Shown in pieces: positions 1 through 9,963 of a stretch of DNA of 64,000 nt (position 1 is the stretch's first letter; each line of letters opens with the position of its first letter). The notes beneath the pieces were generated by a model. That model was given only the letters and a program-made list of their open reading frames with translations, did no database searches and was not told the DNA's origin. The stretch is from the NCBI GenBank assembly GCA_031271125.1, contig JAISWH010000145.1:1900-65899 (forward strand). Direction: 5' to 3'. Source of the DNA: Dysgonamonadaceae bacterium. GTDB taxonomy: Bacteria > Bacteroidota > Bacteroidia > Bacteroidales > Azobacteroidaceae. The position numbers were made by a program, and so were the translations under genes.

Positions 1-1318
1 ACCCCCGGCAAGTAACCAACTCCCCTCTAAACCGTTTCTCAATCAACAACTTCAATCTATCGCGCAGACCTTCCATGCGAACGCCTTGAATCACATCGCC
101 GGTAAAAGCAAATTTAAGCAGTAAAACGGCTTCGTCTTTCGGGATTCCCCGCGAACAGAGATAAAACAACGCGTTTTCGTCCAATTGTCCGGTCGTCATT
201 CCGTGTGAACACTTCACATCGTCGGCATAGATTTCCAGCTGTGGTTTGGAATACATCCGGCAATTGCGGCTTCCCAACAAATTGCGGTTGCTTTGGAAGG
301 CTTCGGTTTTTTGCGCGCCTTTGGCCACAATGATTCGTCCGCTGAAAGCGCCGACCGCTTCATCATCCAATATGTATTTGAACAATTCGTTGCAATGCCC
401 GTTTGGAACCAGATGGTTGATTAAGGTATGGTTATCTATTTTTTGACGGTTGTCGGCGATAGCCATGCCATAGAGGTGTGTTTCGGCGTATTCGCCGGCT
501 AAATCAATTATATAATTGTTGCGGGTTGTGCCGTTGCTCAAAGTGATGGCGTTAATTCTCGTTTGGGAAGAAGCGGCTTGGCGGACAAAATTGTTCGTCA
601 GTCGAATGGTATTCGGACTGCTTTCTTCCAATTCGCAAAAGTCAAGTTTAGCATTTTCGCCGGCAAAAATTTCAACGATTTGGGTGTTTGCTGTCGTTGG
701 ACTTTCTTCGTAGGCATGATCGCAGACCAATAATTTTGCCTGAGCGCCGGATTCGAGGATAAGGAGCATTCGCCTGTTAATCAGCGAATTATTATTCCCT
801 GCCGAAATATTTGTCAGTTGAATAGTTTTTTCGACAACCTCATTTTCAGGAACATATAAGACATATCCGTCTTGTACGAATATCGTATTAAAAACAGATA
901 ATCCGTCATTTTTTGTTCCTGCAAGCTGATTGTAATATTTTAAAAACAAAGAAGGATATTGTTTCGCAAAAGCGTTCAGACTACCCGAAAAAACCATTGG
1001 CGGGAAATCTTTCGGATTTTCGTAATCAACAAAATGTCCGTTGACGATGAAATGTTTATACGAATTCAAGTTAGGGACGTCGCAATGGAAAACCTTGTGC
1101 GGATGGATGTTAATACCCGAACGATTCAGGTAAAAACCGAAATCTTCTTTCAGCAAACCGGCTATATCCGTGTGTTGGTAATCTTCCGATTGGCCGGCAG
1201 GAAAACCAAACTGCCGAAAAGTCTCAAAAGCCTTTTCACGAAAAGAATTCAATAAAGGCGAACAACCCTCGTCAATCTTTTCCCGATAGGAGTTGTAAAA
1301 ATCTATATATTGTTTCAT
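1..1318 (-). CDS. sufD: Fe-S cluster assembly protein SufD (3' end runs off the window)
   Basis: Missing from the ORF track and translated by hand. Starts MKQYIDFYNSYREKIDEGCSPLLN; near position 1 it reads SKPQLEIYADDVKCSHGMTTGQLDENALFYLCSRGI (SufB/D signature). Lies directly downstream of sufC. Confidence 0.93.
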   Translation of the reverse strand, partial: MKQYIDFYNSYREKIDEGCSPLLNSFREKAFETFRQFGFPAGQSEDYQHTDIAGLLKEDFGFYLNRSGINIHPHKVFHCDVPNLNSYKHFIVNGHFVDYENPKDFPPMVFSGSLNAFAKQYPSLFLKYYNQLAGTKNDGLSVFNTIFVQDGYVLYVPENEVVEKTIQLTNISAGNNNSLINRRMLLILESGAQAKLLVCDHAYEESPTTANTQIVEIFAGENAKLDFCELEESSPNTIRLTNNFVRQAASSQTRINAITLSNGTTRNNYIIDLAGEYAETHLYGMAIADNRQKIDNHTLINHLVPNGHCNELFKYILDDEAVGAFSGRIIVAKGAQKTEAFQSNRNLLGSRNCRMYSKPQLEIYADDVKCSHGMTTGQLDENALFYLCSRGIPKDEAVLLLKFAFTGDVIQGVRMEGLRDRLKLLIEKRFRGELVTCRG

Positions 1319-1334
1319 ATATTTCCATTTGTAT

Positions 1335-1401
1335 GGCAAAGGGTAAAAGGCTAAAGGCGAAAAAATCGTATTTTTCGTCTTTAGCCTTTAGCCTTTTAGC
1401 C
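1335..1401. repeat. Inverted heptamer-repeat hairpin (GGCTAAA-type units vs TTTAGCC units) overlapping the sufC stop
   Basis: GGCAAAG GGTAAAA GGCTAAA GGCGAAA ... TTTCGTC TTTAGCC TTTAGCC TTTTAGCC. Confidence 0.8.
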
Positions 1402-2128
1402 AATCATATCCTTTTTGTTCCAATTCCATGGCCAATTCCGGCCCGGCAGTCCGGATAATCCGTCCGTTGTACAAAACGTGCACAATATCCGGCCGGATGT
1501 AATCCAGCAAACGTTGATAATGCGTGATGACAATCGTTGCATTTTCAGGCCGTTTTAGATAATTAACTCCTTGAGCTACAATTCGCAAAGCGTCTATATC
1601 CAAACCGCTGTCGGTTTCGTCGAGAATGGCTAATTTCGGTTCGAGCATTGCCATTTGAAAAATTTCGTTACGTTTTTTTTCTCCGCCCGAAAAACCTTCG
1701 TTGACGGAACGGTTTATCAAATTTTTATCCAACTCGACAATCGCTTGTTTTTCGCGCATCAATTTCAGGAAATCACCCGCCGACAAAGGGTCTTGCCCTC
1801 TATATTTCCGATGCTCATTGACAGCTGTCCGCATAAAATTCACCATGCTGACCCCGGGAATTTCCACCGGATACTGGAAACTTAGGAAAATACCCGCGCA
1901 AGACCGTTCTTCGGGCGGCATTTCCAATAAATTTTTGCCTTCAAAAATGATTTCGCCTTCGGTCACCTCAAAGGCCGGATTCCCGACCAGCACTGCCGAA
2001 AGAGTGCTTTTTCCCGAACCGTTAGGTCCCATAATGGCATGGATTTCACCGGCTTTCACCTGCAAATCCAAACCTTTTATTATTTCTTTTCCTCCAATGG
2101 AAGCATGTAAATTCGTTATTCTTAACAT
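1388..2128 (-). CDS. sufC: Fe-S cluster assembly ATPase SufC
   Basis: MLRITNLHASIGGKEI start, Walker A GPNGSGKST, FSGGEKKRNEI, LDETDSGLDIDAL. Start moved to the ATG at 2128, downstream of the promoter box. Confidence 0.96.
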   Translation of the reverse strand: MLRITNLHASIGGKEIIKGLDLQVKAGEIHAIMGPNGSGKSTLSAVLVGNPAFEVTEGEIIFEGKNLLEMPPEERSCAGIFLSFQYPVEIPGVSMVNFMRTAVNEHRKYRGQDPLSAGDFLKLMREKQAIVELDKNLINRSVNEGFSGGEKKRNEIFQMAMLEPKLAILDETDSGLDIDALRIVAQGVNYLKRPENATIVITHYQRLLDYIRPDIVHVLYNGRIIRTAGPELAMELEQKGYDWLKG

Positions 2129-2153
2129 AAATTTTTTGATGTTTCTGCGGTCG

Positions 2154-2161
2154 CAAAAATA
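2154..2161 (-). promoter_or_regulatory. Bacteroidetes sigma-A -7 box (TATTTTTG) for sufC
   Basis: Matches TAnnTTTG ~25 nt upstream of the sufC ATG. Confidence 0.65.
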
Positions 2162-2237
2162 CATGAAAAACTCGGTATTTCCAAGCGCGTGAGATAAAAT
2201 CAAGACCACATACATAGAATTTACAGGCAAAAAGAAA

Positions 2238-2269
2238 TTTGTTAATAAAAAAATTTCATGCTATTTTTG
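2238..2269 (+). promoter_or_regulatory. Bacteroidetes promoter for glyA (-33 TTTG, -7 TATTTTTG)
   Basis: TTTG at 2238-2241, 20 nt spacer, TATTTTTG at 2262-2269. Confidence 0.7.
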
Positions 2270-2298
2270 TACTTCAATTTTAAACATAATCAAAAATA

Positions 2299-3579
2299 AT
2301 GAAACGAGACGATTTAACTTTCAGTATTATCAATAAAGAACTCCACCGGCAAACTTCCGGTCTTGAGTTAATTGCTTCCGAAAATTTTGTGAGCGAACAA
2401 GTGATGGCAGCAGCAGGCTCCGTCCTGACCAACAAATATGCCGAAGGCTATCCGGGACACCGCTATTACGGCGGATGCCGATTCATCGACGATATGGAAC
2501 AATTAGCCATCGACCGGCTGAAACAAATATTCTCCGCAACTTGGGCAAATGTTCAACCCCATTCGGGCGCTCAAGCCAATATGGCTGTTTTCATGGCTTG
2601 CCTTCGTCCGGGGGATAAATTTCTGGGATTAAATCTCTCGCACGGTGGTCATTTGAGTCACGGTTCGCCGGTCAATTTTTCGGGACTTGTGTTCACCGCT
2701 TTGGAATATAATGTACAAGAATCGGACGGACGGATTGATTACGACCAACTTGAAAAGATCGCCTTTGCCGAAAAGCCGAAATTGATTATCGGCGGCGCTT
2801 CGGCTTATTCCCGCGAATGGGATTATGCCCGGATTCGCCGGATTGCCGACCAAATCGGAGCTATTTTTGTTGTCGATATGGCGCATCCCGCCGGATTGAT
2901 TGCCGCCGGATTGCTGGACAATCCCGTACACCACGCGCATATCGTTACCTCCACGACGCATAAAACCTTGCGCGGGCCGCGCGGGGGCGTGATCCTGATG
3001 GGCAAAGACTTTGAAAACCCGTGGGGAAAAAAGACTCCCAAAGGGGAAATCAAAATGATGTCCGCTTTGTTGGATTCAGCTGTTTTCCCGGGCATACAGG
3101 GAGGACCGCTGGAACACATCGTTGCCGCCAAAAGCGTTGCTTTCCACGAGGCTTTGCAACCGGAATACGTGACTTACCAAACGCAAGTGAAGAAAAATGC
3201 GGCGGCAATGGCGCAAGCATTGATGGATAAAGGGTATAAAATTATTTCCGGCGGAACGGACAATCACTTGATGTTGGTCGATTTACGTTCAAAATTCCCC
3301 AACTTAACCGGGAAACAGGCCGAACAAGCCTTAGTCAGCGCAGACATCACGGCAAACAAAAACATGGTGCCTTTCGATAGCCGTTCGCCGTTCCAAACTT
3401 CGGGTTTGCGTTTCGGTACGCCGGCGCTCACGACGCGCGGCCTCAAAGAGCCGGCGATGGGCGATATTGTGGAATTGATCGACGCCGTACTTTCCAATGT
3501 GGAAAACGAAGCGGCGATTCAATCCGTTGCCGCCAAGGTAAATGCAATGATGAAAGATTATCCTTTGTTTGCCTGGTAA
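2299..3579 (+). CDS. glyA: Serine hydroxymethyltransferase
   Basis: [32 protein letters not shown] lysine motif [12 protein letters not shown]. Confidence 0.98.
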   Translation: MKRDDLTFSIINKELHRQTSGLELIASENFVSEQVMAAAGSVLTNKYAEGYPGHRYYGGCRFIDDMEQLAIDRLKQIFSATWANVQPHSGAQANMAVFMACLRPGDKFLGLNLSHGGHLSHGSPVNFSGLVFTALEYNVQESDGRIDYDQLEKIAFAEKPKLIIGGASAYSREWDYARIRRIADQIGAIFVVDMAHPAGLIAAGLLDNPVHHAHIVTSTTHKTLRGPRGGVILMGKDFENPWGKKTPKGEIKMMSALLDSAVFPGIQGGPLEHIVAAKSVAFHEALQPEYVTYQTQVKKNAAAMAQALMDKGYKIISGGTDNHLMLVDLRSKFPNLTGKQAEQALVSADITANKNMVPFDSRSPFQTSGLRFGTPALTTRGLKEPAMGDIVELIDAVLSNVENEAAIQSVAAKVNAMMKDYPLFAW

Positions 3580-3580
3580 A

Positions 3581-3669
3581 AATTAAGAATTAAGAATTAA
3601 GAATTAAGAATTAAGAATTTAAGAACTATGCTATGACACTTATAACTCTTAGTTTTTAACTCTTAACTT
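3581..3669. repeat. (AATTAAG)x5 tandem array followed by a degenerate complementary arm
   Basis: Five perfect AATTAAG units at 3581-3615 immediately after the glyA stop; TAACTCT/TAGTTTT/TAACTCT units at 3643-3669. Confidence 0.85.
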
Positions 3670-3679
3670 GTACCTGATT

Positions 3680-4477
3680 ATGCTCGTTAATTCCAATATA
3701 TTATTTGCTTTCTTCCTGACCGCTATTGCCGGATTATCGACCGGCATCGGCAGCGGGATTGCTTTATTAGCTAAAAAAACCAATAGGAATTTCCTCAGTT
3801 TGTCTTTGGGTTTTTCGGCAGGTATTATGATTTATGTGTCGTTCATGGAAATGATGCCGACGGCATTATCCGGATTGACAGAGGCTTTCGGGGAAAAATG
3901 GGGAGCTTTGTACTTAATTTTGGCCTTTTTCGGGGGTATTATCCTGATCAATGTCATCGACTTCGCCATTCCCGAACAGGTGAATCCGCACGAAGCCCAC
4001 GGCGTAGAGGAAATGCAGCGCGAAGCGAGTCTGAAACGCACCGGAATGATGGTCGCCCTTTCCATTGGTATCCACAACTTCCCTGAAGGCGTCGCTACTT
4101 TTACTTCCGCTTTGACGTCTTTGGATGTTGCGATTCCGATTACAGTGGCGATTGCGATCCACAACATTCCCGAAGGGATTGCAGTTGCCGTGCCGATATA
4201 TCACGCTTCGGGCAGTCGTAAAAAGGCTTTTTGGTATTCTTTTTTATCCGGATTGTCCGAACCGCTTGGCGCACTTCTGGCTTTCATCTTCCTTTTCCGG
4301 TTTTGGACGCCGACGCTCAATGGGATCATTTTGGCGATTGTTTCGGGCATCATGGTTTTCATTTCATTGGATGAGTTGTTGCCGGCTGCCGAGAAATATG
4401 GGAAACATCATCTTTCGATTGCGGGCGTTGTTGCCGGAATGTTAGTGATGGCGTTGAGTTTGTTTTTATTTATTTAA
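3680..4477 (+). CDS. zupT: ZIP-family zinc/divalent metal transporter ZupT
   Basis: LTAIAGLSTGIG, IGIHNFPEG and IAIHNIPEG metal-binding TM motifs, DELLP. Confidence 0.95.
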   Translation: MLVNSNILFAFFLTAIAGLSTGIGSGIALLAKKTNRNFLSLSLGFSAGIMIYVSFMEMMPTALSGLTEAFGEKWGALYLILAFFGGIILINVIDFAIPEQVNPHEAHGVEEMQREASLKRTGMMVALSIGIHNFPEGVATFTSALTSLDVAIPITVAIAIHNIPEGIAVAVPIYHASGSRKKAFWYSFLSGLSEPLGALLAFIFLFRFWTPTLNGIILAIVSGIMVFISLDELLPAAEKYGKHHLSIAGVVAGMLVMALSLFLFI

Positions 4478-4511
4478 AAATATTTTTAGAAGGTTGATAA
4501 GAAATTTTTCG

Positions 4512-4519
4512 TACATTTG
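4512..4519 (+). promoter_or_regulatory. -7 box TACATTTG
   Basis: TAnnTTTG upstream of the lipoprotein-glmM pair. Confidence 0.65.
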
Positions 4520-4537
4520 CAGCAAAATTAATAACAG

Positions 4538-5110
4538 ATGAGAAAAACTTTGATTTTCGTTCTGACGTCGATTGCCTTACTCACCTATTCGCTGACTTCC
4601 TGCGACAAACAAAAAAGTTTGCAGGAACGGTTACAGGAAGAAAAAAGGGCAATTGACCGGTATGTCAAAAGAAACGGTTTGGTAATCCTGAATGAATATC
4701 CCCAAAACGGGATATTCGGGGAAAAAGAATATTTCAGGACAAGCGACGGTTTGTATATTCATGTGGTGGATTCGGGAAACGGCCGACGGGCAACGCCTTT
4801 GGTAGATGAAATTACGGTTCGCTATGAATACCGTCACGACATTGCCGTGTCCGATTCTTCCATAACGTATTGGAGTAATAGCGCTTTGATTTATCCTTTT
4901 TCTTTCAAATACGGTTTGCAGCAAAGTTATACCGTTTCCGGTTCATTGGTATGTGTCGGTTGGGTATATCCTTTATCTTATGTCGGCGAACATGCTGTTG
5001 TCGATCTCCTTATTCCGTCGGCATTGGGTTCGGCTGAGGATAACAATGTCAGTTATGGAATCATTAATCCCGTATTTTATAAAGGCGTAACTTATACTAA
5101 TTTCTATTAA
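4538..5110 (+). CDS. Lipoprotein, DUF4827/FKBP-like family
   Basis: Lipobox LTSC, GLYIHVVDSGNG, FKBP-like GW..PL.YVG...V.LLIPS.LG tail; directly upstream of glmM. Confidence 0.7.
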   Translation: MRKTLIFVLTSIALLTYSLTSCDKQKSLQERLQEEKRAIDRYVKRNGLVILNEYPQNGIFGEKEYFRTSDGLYIHVVDSGNGRRATPLVDEITVRYEYRHDIAVSDSSITYWSNSALIYPFSFKYGLQQSYTVSGSLVCVGWVYPLSYVGEHAVVDLLIPSALGSAEDNNVSYGIINPVFYKGVTYTNFY

Positions 5111-5122
5111 TCGCTTGTTTTT

Positions 5123-6487
5123 ATGTCACTTATAAAATCCATATCAGGAATCAGGGGAACTATAGGAGGTCTTGCGGGCGAAGGTTTGTCCCCGCTTGAT
5201 ATTGTTAAATTTACGGCGGCTTACGCCACTTTAATTCGTTCAAAAAATCCCGCTTCCAAAACCATTGTAGTCGGCCGGGACGCACGCATTTCCGGCGAAA
5301 TGGTTAAGGAATTGGTTACGGGAACATTAACCGGCATGGGTTTTGATGTGACGGACATCGGTTTGGCAACTACGCCGACAACCGAATTGGCCGTAACGAT
5401 GGAAAAGGCTGCAGGAGGTGTCATCCTGACGGCTTCGCACAATCCCAAACAGTGGAACGCTTTAAAGTTACTGAACGAAAAGGGTGAGTTCCTCAACGCT
5501 GCCGAAGGCAACGAAATACTGAAAATTGCCGCAGAAGAATCTTTTGTTTTTGCCGGCGTGGATGAATTGGGTAAAATCAAAAAAGATGATTCTTATACGC
5601 AGAAACATGTGGAACATGTTCTGGCATTGCAATTGGTGGACGCCGAAGCCATTCGGAAAGCAGGGTTTACCGTCGCTTTCGACGCCGTCAATTCGGTGGG
5701 CGGCTTGGCACTTCCGGCTTTGCTGACAGCTTTGGGCGTAAAAGAAATTATCGCTTTGAACGACGAACCGACGGGCGTTTTTGCCCATAATCCCGAACCG
5801 CTTCCCGAACATTTGACGGAAATCGCCCAAGTAGTAAAAAACCGGAAAGCCGACGCCGGGTTTGTGGTCGATCCCGATGTAGACCGTTTGGCGATTATTA
5901 CCGAAAAAGGTGAAATGTTCGGCGAAGAATACACCCTGGTTTCGGTGGCCGATTATGTGCTGCAACATACGCCGGGGAATACGGTTTCCAACTTAAGTTC
6001 TACGCGCGCTTTGCGAGATGTAACCGACAGATATGGAAAGACTTACACAGCCTCAGCCGTTGGGGAAGTGAATGTCGTTGAAAAAATGAAAGCGACCGGC
6101 GCAGTCATCGGCGGGGAAGGCAACGGCGGGATCATTTATCCCGAATCGCATTACGGGCGTGATGCTTTGGTCGGCATCGGACTGTTTCTGACGCAGTTGG
6201 CCAAATCCGGAAAAACCGTCAGCGAACTGAGGGCGCAATATCCGTCCTATTTTATGGCTAAACAACGCTTGGAATTGACTCCCGACACGGATGTAGACGC
6301 TTTGTTGAACTCGCTCAAAAAGAAATATTCGGCATATCCCGTGAATGATATCGACGGCGTGAAAGTTGATTTTCCCGATAAATGGGTGCATTTCAGAAAA
6401 TCCAATACCGAACCGATTGTCCGTATTTATACGGAAGCGCCTACTAAAGAAGAAGCTGAAGCATTGGCTTTGGAAGTAAAAGGGTGA
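5123..6487 (+). CDS. glmM: Phosphoglucosamine mutase / phosphohexomutase
   Basis: SISGIRG, TASHNP phosphoserine loop, DPDVDR metal loop, GGEGNGG, RKSNTEP. Confidence 0.9.
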   Translation: MSLIKSISGIRGTIGGLAGEGLSPLDIVKFTAAYATLIRSKNPASKTIVVGRDARISGEMVKELVTGTLTGMGFDVTDIGLATTPTTELAVTMEKAAGGVILTASHNPKQWNALKLLNEKGEFLNAAEGNEILKIAAEESFVFAGVDELGKIKKDDSYTQKHVEHVLALQLVDAEAIRKAGFTVAFDAVNSVGGLALPALLTALGVKEIIALNDEPTGVFAHNPEPLPEHLTEIAQVVKNRKADAGFVVDPDVDRLAIITEKGEMFGEEYTLVSVADYVLQHTPGNTVSNLSSTRALRDVTDRYGKTYTASAVGEVNVVEKMKATGAVIGGEGNGGIIYPESHYGRDALVGIGLFLTQLAKSGKTVSELRAQYPSYFMAKQRLELTPDTDVDALLNSLKKKYSAYPVNDIDGVKVDFPDKWVHFRKSNTEPIVRIYTEAPTKEEAEALALEVKG

Positions 6488-6520
6488 ACGGTGAAGGGTG
6501 AAGTTCATCGTTCACTCTTC
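6476..6520. repeat. Heptamer-repeat hairpin (GTGAAGG-type vs TTCAC/TTCAT units) between convergent glmM and rhaD
   Basis: GTAAAAGG GTGAACG GTGAAGG GTGAAG TTCATCG TTCACTC TTC; contains the glmM TGA. Confidence 0.7.
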
Positions 6521-6523
6521 CTG

Positions 6524-7333
6524 CTATTTAGGCAAATGAAAAGCCGTTTTCAATTCATTCATTTGTTCGCGGCTTATTCTTTCCGGTTCGAAGCCCATGC
6601 TTTTTGCCGTAAAGTAAATCTGAGCCGATTTGGAAAGGGTATCCACCATGTCGAAAGCTTCCATGATGTTGTCGCTCACGGAAACAACGCCGTGTTTTTC
6701 CCACATGACCACATCGTATTCGTCCAATTCCCGGATGGTCGCATCGGCCAATTCGCCCGATCCGGGCAAAGAATAAGGAATAATCCCCAATCCGCGCGGA
6801 CAAAAAGCCCTGGTTTCGGGAATCATACTCCATAACAAATAGCTCAGCACGTCTTTTTGTAAGAAAGCCGGATTGTGCGTCATAGCAACCAAATCGGTGG
6901 GATGGGTATGCAGCACGGCTTTGTAGGATGAGCCTTTGCCAATCAAATAATTGTGAATTGATAAATGCGAAATAATCTCGGAAGTAGGTTTTACCGGTCG
7001 GTCGGCGACAATCTCGTAGTGACTGCAATCTTCCGTGATGCGGACAATAGCGCCGTTTTCCATGGGACGGCGCGCCAAATCGCGCATCCGTTTGTTAGTA
7101 CCTTTGCAGAAAAACCAACATCCTTTCAGAAACGGCAAAGTTCTTCCGACAGGAATCGCTTCGCTGATGGCTTTCAGGGATTTGATTTCGTCGTCGACAC
7201 AGGCTGTGATATTGACGGTTATGTTTCCGCCGTTTCTTTCCGCCCAGCCTTTTTGCCATAAATAACCGGCAACTTCTGCTACATCTGTGATTTGTTCCGC
7301 CAACAAGGGACGGTTTTCTAAAATTGAATTCAT
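6524..7333 (-). CDS. rhaD: Rhamnulose-1-phosphate aldolase (class II)
   Basis: KGWAERNGGNI, PTSE, HTHPT, WEKHG zinc ligands. Confidence 0.93.
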   Translation of the reverse strand: MNSILENRPLLAEQITDVAEVAGYLWQKGWAERNGGNITVNITACVDDEIKSLKAISEAIPVGRTLPFLKGCWFFCKGTNKRMRDLARRPMENGAIVRITEDCSHYEIVADRPVKPTSEIISHLSIHNYLIGKGSSYKAVLHTHPTDLVAMTHNPAFLQKDVLSYLLWSMIPETRAFCPRGLGIIPYSLPGSGELADATIRELDEYDVVMWEKHGVVSVSDNIMEAFDMVDTLSKSAQIYFTAKSMGFEPERISREQMNELKTAFHLPK

Positions 7334-7349
7334 TGTTTGAAAGTTTTTG

Positions 7350-7357
7350 CAAAGTTA
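7350..7357 (-). promoter_or_regulatory. -7 box TAACTTTG for rhaD
   Basis: TAnnTTTG 16 nt upstream of the rhaD ATG. Confidence 0.65.
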
Positions 7358-7475
7358 ATATTTTCCGGTTAAAAAACACAATAATAGGACGGGACATCCT
7401 GTCCAAAAAAACAAAAAATTACACCCAAAAAACCAGCTTATTTCAACCAGATGATAATTACTTGAATATTTTTTG

Positions 7476-7483
7476 TAATTTTG
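7476..7483 (+). promoter_or_regulatory. -7 box TAATTTTG for ftsK
   Basis: TAnnTTTG 21 nt upstream of the ATG at 7505. Confidence 0.65.
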
Positions 7484-7504
7484 TCGATCAAAACACCGAT
7501 TTTT

Positions 7505-9925
7505 ATGCAACATAAAAAAGATAAACAACAAGAACCATCGGCAGTTAAGCAGTTTTTCAAAAGCGAGGCGACCCACTTTGTGCTGGGTCTGGTTTTTTTG
7601 ATGTTTTCGGTCTATGCGGTAATTGCCGTCGCTTCATTTTTCTTTTCGGGCGCCGCCGACCAAAGCCGGATAGAAGGACTTTCGTTGTTTCACTGGAAAC
7701 ATATCGGCGGAATCGAAAACTGGACGGGATCCAGAGGCGCTATTCTCAGCAATATCCTGTTGAACGAAGGATTCGGCGTTGCGACTATCTTTCTGCTTTT
7801 ATTCCTGATGTTCACCGGTTTACGTTTGATGAAAGCCAAATACGTGAACCTGCTTAAATATTTCATTGTCTGCTCCGTACTCACCATTTGGACCTCGCTT
7901 GCCCTGTCGTTCTTCTTTGGAAATCTTTTTCGAGATACGGCTATCTATATCGGGGGAAGACACGGACTTAAATTGACGGAAATCGTGACGCTCAATCTCG
8001 GCGCTCCGGGAACTTTCCTCGTTATCCTGCTGGTTTTTATCATTATTATGATTTTTATTTCCAATGGAACGATTCCGTTTGTACGGAAACTTTTCACTTC
8101 TATTCCGGTTCTGCGAAAACTCTTTTCTTTTATCCGGAAAACTAAGAAGAAAACAAAACCGGAAAGGCAAGATCCGAAACAGGAAGATCCTGATTTTATA
8201 ATTGCTGATCCAAAACCGGATATTCAAAAAAAGCCGGAAAAACCGCATAATTCGGTTGTTGATAATGATTTTGAGGTAATCATTCCCAAAGCGGATGAGG
8301 AGGAAATACCTTTTCCCGTTTATCCGGAAAAACAGGATAAACAGGAACCCCATCCTGCTCCGAATATTTCTGCCGGTTACGGCGAGGAGGAAGCCGATTA
8401 TTTGTTACAGGAACTCGGCGTTTACGACCCGACAGCCGATTTATCCAAATACCAGCTACCTTCGGTTGATTTGTTGAAAAAATACAATCAAACCGATACG
8501 CAGGTGGATATGACCGAACAAAACAACAACAAAAACCGGATTATCCAAACGCTTGAAAATTACGGAATAAAAATAAAATCCATCAAAGCGACGGTTGGGC
8601 CGACAGTCACGCTTTACGAAATTATTCCCGAAGACGGTATCCGCATCGCCAAAATCCGCAACCTGGAAGATGACATCGCCATGAACCTGGCGGCTTTGGG
8701 CATCCGCATCATTGCGCCTATGCCCGGAAAAGGAACTATCGGCATTGAAGTCCCGAACAAAGACCCGCAAATCGTATCCATGCATTCGATTATTTCGTCC
8801 CGGAAATACCAGGAATCCAGTTACGAATTGCCGATTGCTTTGGGACGCACCATTACGAATGAAGTGTTTATGGTCGATTTGGCCAAATTGCCGCACTTGC
8901 TGGTCGCAGGCGCAACCGGACAGGGAAAATCCGTAGGCCTGAACGCTGCCATCACCTCGCTGCTGTACAAAAAACATCCGGCCGAACTCAAATTCGTACT
9001 CATTGATCCCAAAATGGTTGAATTTACAATTTATTCGGCCATTGAAAAACATTTCCTGGCTAAACTTCCCGACGTCGAAAAACCGATCATCACCGATTTC
9101 ACCAAGGTAATTGATACGCTCAACTCCCTGACGGAAGAAATGGACTCCCGTTACGAATTATTGGAAAAAGCCGGTTCGCGGAATGTGAAGGAATACAACG
9201 AGAAATTTATCAATCGCCGCTTGAATCCGCAGAAAGGTCATAAATTCATGCCTTACATCGTCGTCATTATCGACGAATTTGGCGATTTAATCATGACGGC
9301 CGGAAAGGAAATCGAGTTACCCATTGCCCGTATTGCCCAAAAAGCGCGCGCTGTGGGTATTCACATGATTATCGCTACCCAAAGGCCGACCACCAACATT
9401 ATCACGGGAACCATCAAGGCGAATTTCCCGGCGCGAGTCGCTTTCCGCGTCATCTCGTCCATCGACTCGCGAACCATTCTCGACGGTCAGGGCGCTAACC
9501 AACTGATTGGACGGGGCGATATGCTGTTTTTTCAGGGAAGCGATATGGTTCGCGTCCAATGCGCTTTTGTGGATACGCCCGAAGTGGAACGTATTTCAAA
9601 ATTTATCGGAAGTCAACCCGCTTATCCGACGGCGTTTATACTGCCCGAATATGTAGGGGAAAGCAGGGATAAGTCTACGGCTGATTTTAATCCGGAAGAC
9701 CGTGATCCCATGTTTGAGGAAGCCGCACAATTGATTGTAGCCCATCAACAAGGTTCAACTTCATTGATTCAGCGGAAATTCTCGATTGGCTATAACCGTG
9801 CGGGGCGGTTGATGGATCAGTTGGAACAGGCCGGCATTGTCGGGCCTACGCAAGGCAGCAAACCTCGCGACGTGTATATTTTGGATGAATACCAACTGAG
9901 GCAGAGATTGGATGCGATGAAATAA
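7505..9925 (+). CDS. ftsK: DNA translocase FtsK
   Basis: N-terminal 4TM domain, PHLLVAGATGQGKS, IIDEFGDL, ATQRP, gamma domain IQRKFSIGYNRAGRLMDQLE. Confidence 0.97.
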   Translation: MQHKKDKQQEPSAVKQFFKSEATHFVLGLVFLMFSVYAVIAVASFFFSGAADQSRIEGLSLFHWKHIGGIENWTGSRGAILSNILLNEGFGVATIFLLLFLMFTGLRLMKAKYVNLLKYFIVCSVLTIWTSLALSFFFGNLFRDTAIYIGGRHGLKLTEIVTLNLGAPGTFLVILLVFIIIMIFISNGTIPFVRKLFTSIPVLRKLFSFIRKTKKKTKPERQDPKQEDPDFIIADPKPDIQKKPEKPHNSVVDNDFEVIIPKADEEEIPFPVYPEKQDKQEPHPAPNISAGYGEEEADYLLQELGVYDPTADLSKYQLPSVDLLKKYNQTDTQVDMTEQNNNKNRIIQTLENYGIKIKSIKATVGPTVTLYEIIPEDGIRIAKIRNLEDDIAMNLAALGIRIIAPMPGKGTIGIEVPNKDPQIVSMHSIISSRKYQESSYELPIALGRTITNEVFMVDLAKLPHLLVAGATGQGKSVGLNAAITSLLYKKHPAELKFVLIDPKMVEFTIYSAIEKHFLAKLPDVEKPIITDFTKVIDTLNSLTEEMDSRYELLEKAGSRNVKEYNEKFINRRLNPQKGHKFMPYIVVIIDEFGDLIMTAGKEIELPIARIAQKARAVGIHMIIATQRPTTNIITGTIKANFPARVAFRVISSIDSRTILDGQGANQLIGRGDMLFFQGSDMVRVQCAFVDTPEVERISKFIGSQPAYPTAFILPEYVGESRDKSTADFNPEDRDPMFEEAAQLIVAHQQGSTSLIQRKFSIGYNRAGRLMDQLEQAGIVGPTQGSKPRDVYILDEYQLRQRLDAMK

Positions 9926-9963
9926 TGATTAATTAAAACATACAATAAGGGAAAAAGATTTTA

